From a virus (Duplodnaviria > Caudoviricetes), in IMG/VR virus record IMGVR_UViG_3300031555_003590, positions 32,001 to 96,000 of that record: a stretch of DNA of 64,000 bases. The stretch is one strand, 5' to 3'. The first letter of the stretch is position 1, and every line of letters starts with the position of its first letter. The notes beneath the pieces were generated by a model. It made no database searches and had not been told where the DNA came from. It saw nothing but the letters and a program-made list of their open reading frames with translations. Both the position numbers and the translations under genes were made by a program. Shown in pieces: positions 60,697-64,000 of this stretch.

Positions 60697-60957
60697 ATGT
60701 GTTTAACTATGATTCTATCAGTTGATAAAAATCAACTAGCAAACTATTTTCCATATCCACCTTGGAAAGTAGTTGAAACTCGCGGAACTAGAGAAGGTCT
60801 TATTCTTAAATTTAGAACATTCTATCTAAAAATTTATGATAGTAAAGAAGAAAATTCTTATACTGTAGAAATGTATAGATACGGATGGAATCAACCTTTT
60901 CAAATTGATAAAGTTGATTCAAATAAATTTAGAGAATATGCAGCTCAGTTTTGCTAG
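60697..60957 (+). CDS. Hypothetical protein
   Basis: 86-aa ORF followed by a terminator hairpin. Confidence 0.6.
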   Translation: MCLTMILSVDKNQLANYFPYPPWKVVETRGTREGLILKFRTFYLKIYDSKEENSYTVEMYRYGWNQPFQIDKVDSNKFREYAAQFC

Positions 60958-61032
60958 TTAATGTAATTGATAATGGGTGAGGAAATATTTCCTCACCCAT
61001 TATTTTTATTCTTCTATATTAGGAGAAATATT

Positions 61033-61194
61033 ATGAATATTGAAAATGAATATCCATATGATAGGAATTTGAAATTTCATTGTCATCATAGAAATGGTAA
61101 ACTAGTTATACTTGATTATTGTGAAATATATTGTAAAAGAAATAATAAGTGTGATATCTATATAACAATGCTAAATGAAATTAATAAAAAATAA
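61033..61194 (+). CDS. Small Cys/His-rich protein (MNIENEYPYD...)
   Basis: AGGAG RBS before the internal ATG; the ORF-track start at 60967 overlaps a terminator. Confidence 0.5.
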   Translation: MNIENEYPYDRNLKFHCHHRNGKLVILDYCEIYCKRNNKCDIYITMLNEINKK

Positions 61195-61231
61195 TAGAGA
61201 GGGAATTTAACCCTCCCTATTATTTTTCCAT

Positions 61232-61606
61232 TCAATCATCAATATCAATAAGAGGACAAGTTGAGCAATCATCTAGTTCTTCTACTTTATTTTTATTAGA
61301 TGATCCTTTTAATAGAAGAGCTGCACAAATAATACCAATTGTAGCAAGAGTGATATTGCGTTGTTTAACACGATTCTTATAAACCCTATCAAGAATTTCT
61401 ACCATAGTCTTATTATCACAATCAATAAATAAATTCTTGGGAATATTGATCTGACCTGCTTCAGGTGTAGCTCCTTCAGGAGTAGGATAATTAATAGCAA
61501 ATTTAACCTTTTCAAAATTCTTACGACTAGGTACGATTCCTTTACTTACATAATCAACAATGTCATTTCTACTCTCAAAAGCAATCTGTTCGGGCTTAAC
61601 AATCAT
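61232..61606 (-). CDS. Hypothetical protein with C-terminal TM segment
   Basis: 124 aa; promoter-like motif at 61664-61676. Confidence 0.7.
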   Translation of the reverse strand: MIVKPEQIAFESRNDIVDYVSKGIVPSRKNFEKVKFAINYPTPEGATPEAGQINIPKNLFIDCDNKTMVEILDRVYKNRVKQRNITLATIGIICAALLLKGSSNKNKVEELDDCSTCPLIDIDD

Positions 61607-61751
61607 TTACTATACATCCTTTCATTAATAAAATTGCATCACTATTTTATATATGCTACAATCATAATATATAATTATTTTACGCAATATATTACGAACG
61701 AAATGTATAATGATAATTAAAACAATTTATATGTAAAGGAGGTATAGATTA

Positions 61752-63851
61752 ATGGCTGTTAGTAATAGACGTGTTCAAGGAAGTATTCGTCGAGACTTAT
61801 ATGTACTTGAAGATGAAAATAATCCTAGAAGTAGCCAGGCTGAGAATATATTACCTAGTACTATTCTAGATCAAGTATATGATGACCAATCTCCTACAAA
61901 TAAAAATCTTCGAGAAATTATAGAAGAATTACGTCAAGAAATTATTACTGGTGGTAGAGGAAATATTAAATTTCCAGTTACCTCAGTAAATGGAATGACT
62001 GATGATGTTGTATTAACAAAGAAAAGTATTGGTCTAGAGCATGCTGATAATACTAGAGATATAGATAAACCATTATCCAGCCCACAAAGAAATGCTGTAA
62101 TGCAAATGTTACAAACATATGATTTTAAAGTAAATTTAGATGATTTATATCAACATTTAATGAATACTGAAAATCCTCATGATGTAACATTAGAGCAAAT
62201 TAATAAAGATGATGCATTAGCAGTATTTGTAAAACATTATATTGGACTTCATAATACTTCTCAGAATGCTACTGTGCATGCTGATCTAAGAGGTAGTTTA
62301 CGAAGATTATGGATATTAGTAGAACAAATAAATGGTAATGTTGATAGTAAAATTGAAAAGACATTAAAATCATTAGATGATCATCTTCGAGATGATTATG
62401 CTCATATTAATCTTTTTAATGAAAAAGAAAAATTATCAAATAAAACGATTGAATTTACTTCTACTGCAAATGTTAATCATACTCAATATCCTACTACTAG
62501 AGCAGTTGTAGATTATGTTGCACAAAAGTTAGTTGAATTTAATAATACCCTGCCAGATATTCAACATTGGGTTGATGATATCCAAGTAGTAGATACTCGT
62601 AATGATCTTCCTAGAGCATCTCAAGGTACATTCAGAAAAGCATACTTAATTAGAAAAGGTGAAAGTTCATTTAATGAAATAGCAATATGTAGAATAAATC
62701 CTGATGATAAAACATATGATTGGGATATTTCTACATTAGGTAGTTATGGTAAATATAATCAGAATCATTTTATTGATACTATTGATGGATTATCAATTAA
62801 TATGAGCAGTGTTGTAGATGCAATTCTAAATACAAATGGTGCATTGGATATATCACTATCTGAAACATTGAGTAATTATTATACATCAGATGAAATTGAT
62901 GATTTTAATTATATTAATAAAATTACTATATTACCTGGAACTACTCATGGAACTATTCGTTTTTATACCAATGATGATATGATGACAATGAGTAATGATA
63001 TTCAAGTAGCTGGATTACAACGTTTAGCTTATCTTGAATATATTACTGAAGATGAAATTTGGGATAATGCAATTCATGAACGTCATATTTTAAATAATGC
63101 GGTTGCAAGAAAACATATTCAAGATAAAGCAATTATCCCTGGTAAAATTGAATGTAAAAAAGGATTCATTATTGGTAATGATAAAGATGATGTAAATGAT
63201 CAAGCTAATTATATTTCATTACAACAGTTAGCTGAATATTTACGTCCATTAATTGGAGGATGGCCAGATCCAACTGTACCTGGTGGAAATCCATGGTATG
63301 ATCGTCTTTCTACACAATTATTACAAACTCATACTTGGAAACCTGGAATTGAATATTCATTTGGTAATGGTGGATATGCAATTAGATTTACTGGTAGAAT
63401 TAGTTGTTTAGCTAATATGAGTCATAAATTACTACTTACTGAAAATATGACTGTTGATACAGATTTTCAAATTATGGATGCTGGTGGTTCATGGATGTAT
63501 CAATCTGAACCTGATATTGAATGGACTATACTAGGTGGATCTAATATTACTGGACATACATTTGGTACTATTACTATGGATAAAAATGGTTTATATTTAG
63601 AAACCATTTCTACTGGTAATCGTATTGATGCATCATATGATATTTGGGTTAAATATATTAAGCCTACTGAATTAATCAAGTATCCAGTTATTATGCCTGG
63701 TGATACATATATTCCTCCAGTTATTGAAGAACCTTCTAATCCTGATGATGGTACTGGTGATACTACAATTATAATTAATTCTGATCATACTGCAACTCCA
63801 ATTCCTAGTAATATAATTGAAGAATCTGTTGAAGATGCTTTTAATTCATAA
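61752..63851 (+). CDS. Tail fibre / baseplate-associated structural protein
   Basis: Fibre motifs PVTSVNGMTDDVVL, GLEHADNTRDIDKPLS and HLMNTENPHDVT. Confidence 0.65.
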   Translation: MAVSNRRVQGSIRRDLYVLEDENNPRSSQAENILPSTILDQVYDDQSPTNKNLREIIEELRQEIITGGRGNIKFPVTSVNGMTDDVVLTKKSIGLEHADNTRDIDKPLSSPQRNAVMQMLQTYDFKVNLDDLYQHLMNTENPHDVTLEQINKDDALAVFVKHYIGLHNTSQNATVHADLRGSLRRLWILVEQINGNVDSKIEKTLKSLDDHLRDDYAHINLFNEKEKLSNKTIEFTSTANVNHTQYPTTRAVVDYVAQKLVEFNNTLPDIQHWVDDIQVVDTRNDLPRASQGTFRKAYLIRKGESSFNEIAICRINPDDKTYDWDISTLGSYGKYNQNHFIDTIDGLSINMSSVVDAILNTNGALDISLSETLSNYYTSDEIDDFNYINKITILPGTTHGTIRFYTNDDMMTMSNDIQVAGLQRLAYLEYITEDEIWDNAIHERHILNNAVARKHIQDKAIIPGKIECKKGFIIGNDKDDVNDQANYISLQQLAEYLRPLIGGWPDPTVPGGNPWYDRLSTQLLQTHTWKPGIEYSFGNGGYAIRFTGRISCLANMSHKLLLTENMTVDTDFQIMDAGGSWMYQSEPDIEWTILGGSNITGHTFGTITMDKNGLYLETISTGNRIDASYDIWVKYIKPTELIKYPVIMPGDTYIPPVIEEPSNPDDGTGDTTIIINSDHTATPIPSNIIEESVEDAFNS

Positions 63852-63854
63852 TAA

Positions 63855-63885
63855 AATAGTGGAGGGTTAATAACCCTCCACTATT
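63855..63885. terminator. Bidirectional terminator
   Basis: AATAGTGGAGGGTTA-A-TAACCCTCCACTATT. Confidence 0.75.
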
Positions 63886-64000
63886 ATTTATTTTTCTTCT
63901 TTAGTATTATCTTTATCTTTTTTCTCATCATCTTTATTTTCTTTATCGGAATTTTTATCATCTTCATCTTCTAACTTTTTAAGTTCATCATTAATTAAAT

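Noticed and set aside
33604-61222. Many short GC-cored intergenic palindromes as a possible mobile repeat family
   Set aside because: Their sequences differ and they sit just after stop codons with A/T tracts, as expected of ordinary intrinsic terminators.
1-64000. Alternative genetic code (stop-codon recoding)
   Set aside because: ORFs over 8 kb are intact and coding density is high under the standard code; no suppressor tRNA was seen.
1-64000. Chimallin (nuclear shell) gene
   Set aside because: No ORF could be recognised as chimallin by eye; a structure-based search is needed.

Overview
A 64-kb segment of a very AT-rich jumbo bacteriophage. Strong AGGAGG ribosome-binding sites suggest a Gram-positive (Bacillota) host. 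A multisubunit RNA polymerase beta' subunit, a tubulin-family GTPase, very large virion proteins and a recurring TATATT(A/C)T promoter-like motif point to the phiKZ/AR9-like group. The window encodes a 2736-aa tape-measure-like protein with M23 peptidase and lysozyme-like domains, a primase, UvsW- and Dda-like helicases, RecA/UvsX, a cold-shock protein, an HU-like protein and holin-like proteins. A ~2.4-kb RNA cassette holds five tRNAs, one degenerate tRNA and several unexplained structured RNAs. Main points: (1) a 1315-nt group I intron splits the RNAP catalytic D-Y-D-G-D motif and carries a GIY-YIG endonuclease on the opposite strand, looped out by a long-range helix; (2) tRNA-Leu(UAA) has a group I intron in its anticodon and lies beside a free-standing HNH gene bracketed by duplicated tRNA-Leu 5' halves; (3) a free-standing intein, apparently inactive for both splicing and cleavage, sits upstream of recA; (4) a phased palindromic array follows the tubulin and AAA genes; (5) two tandem output-less membrane sensor-like proteins precede a holin-like gene. 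All protein calls come from reading motifs by eye; no database searches were run.
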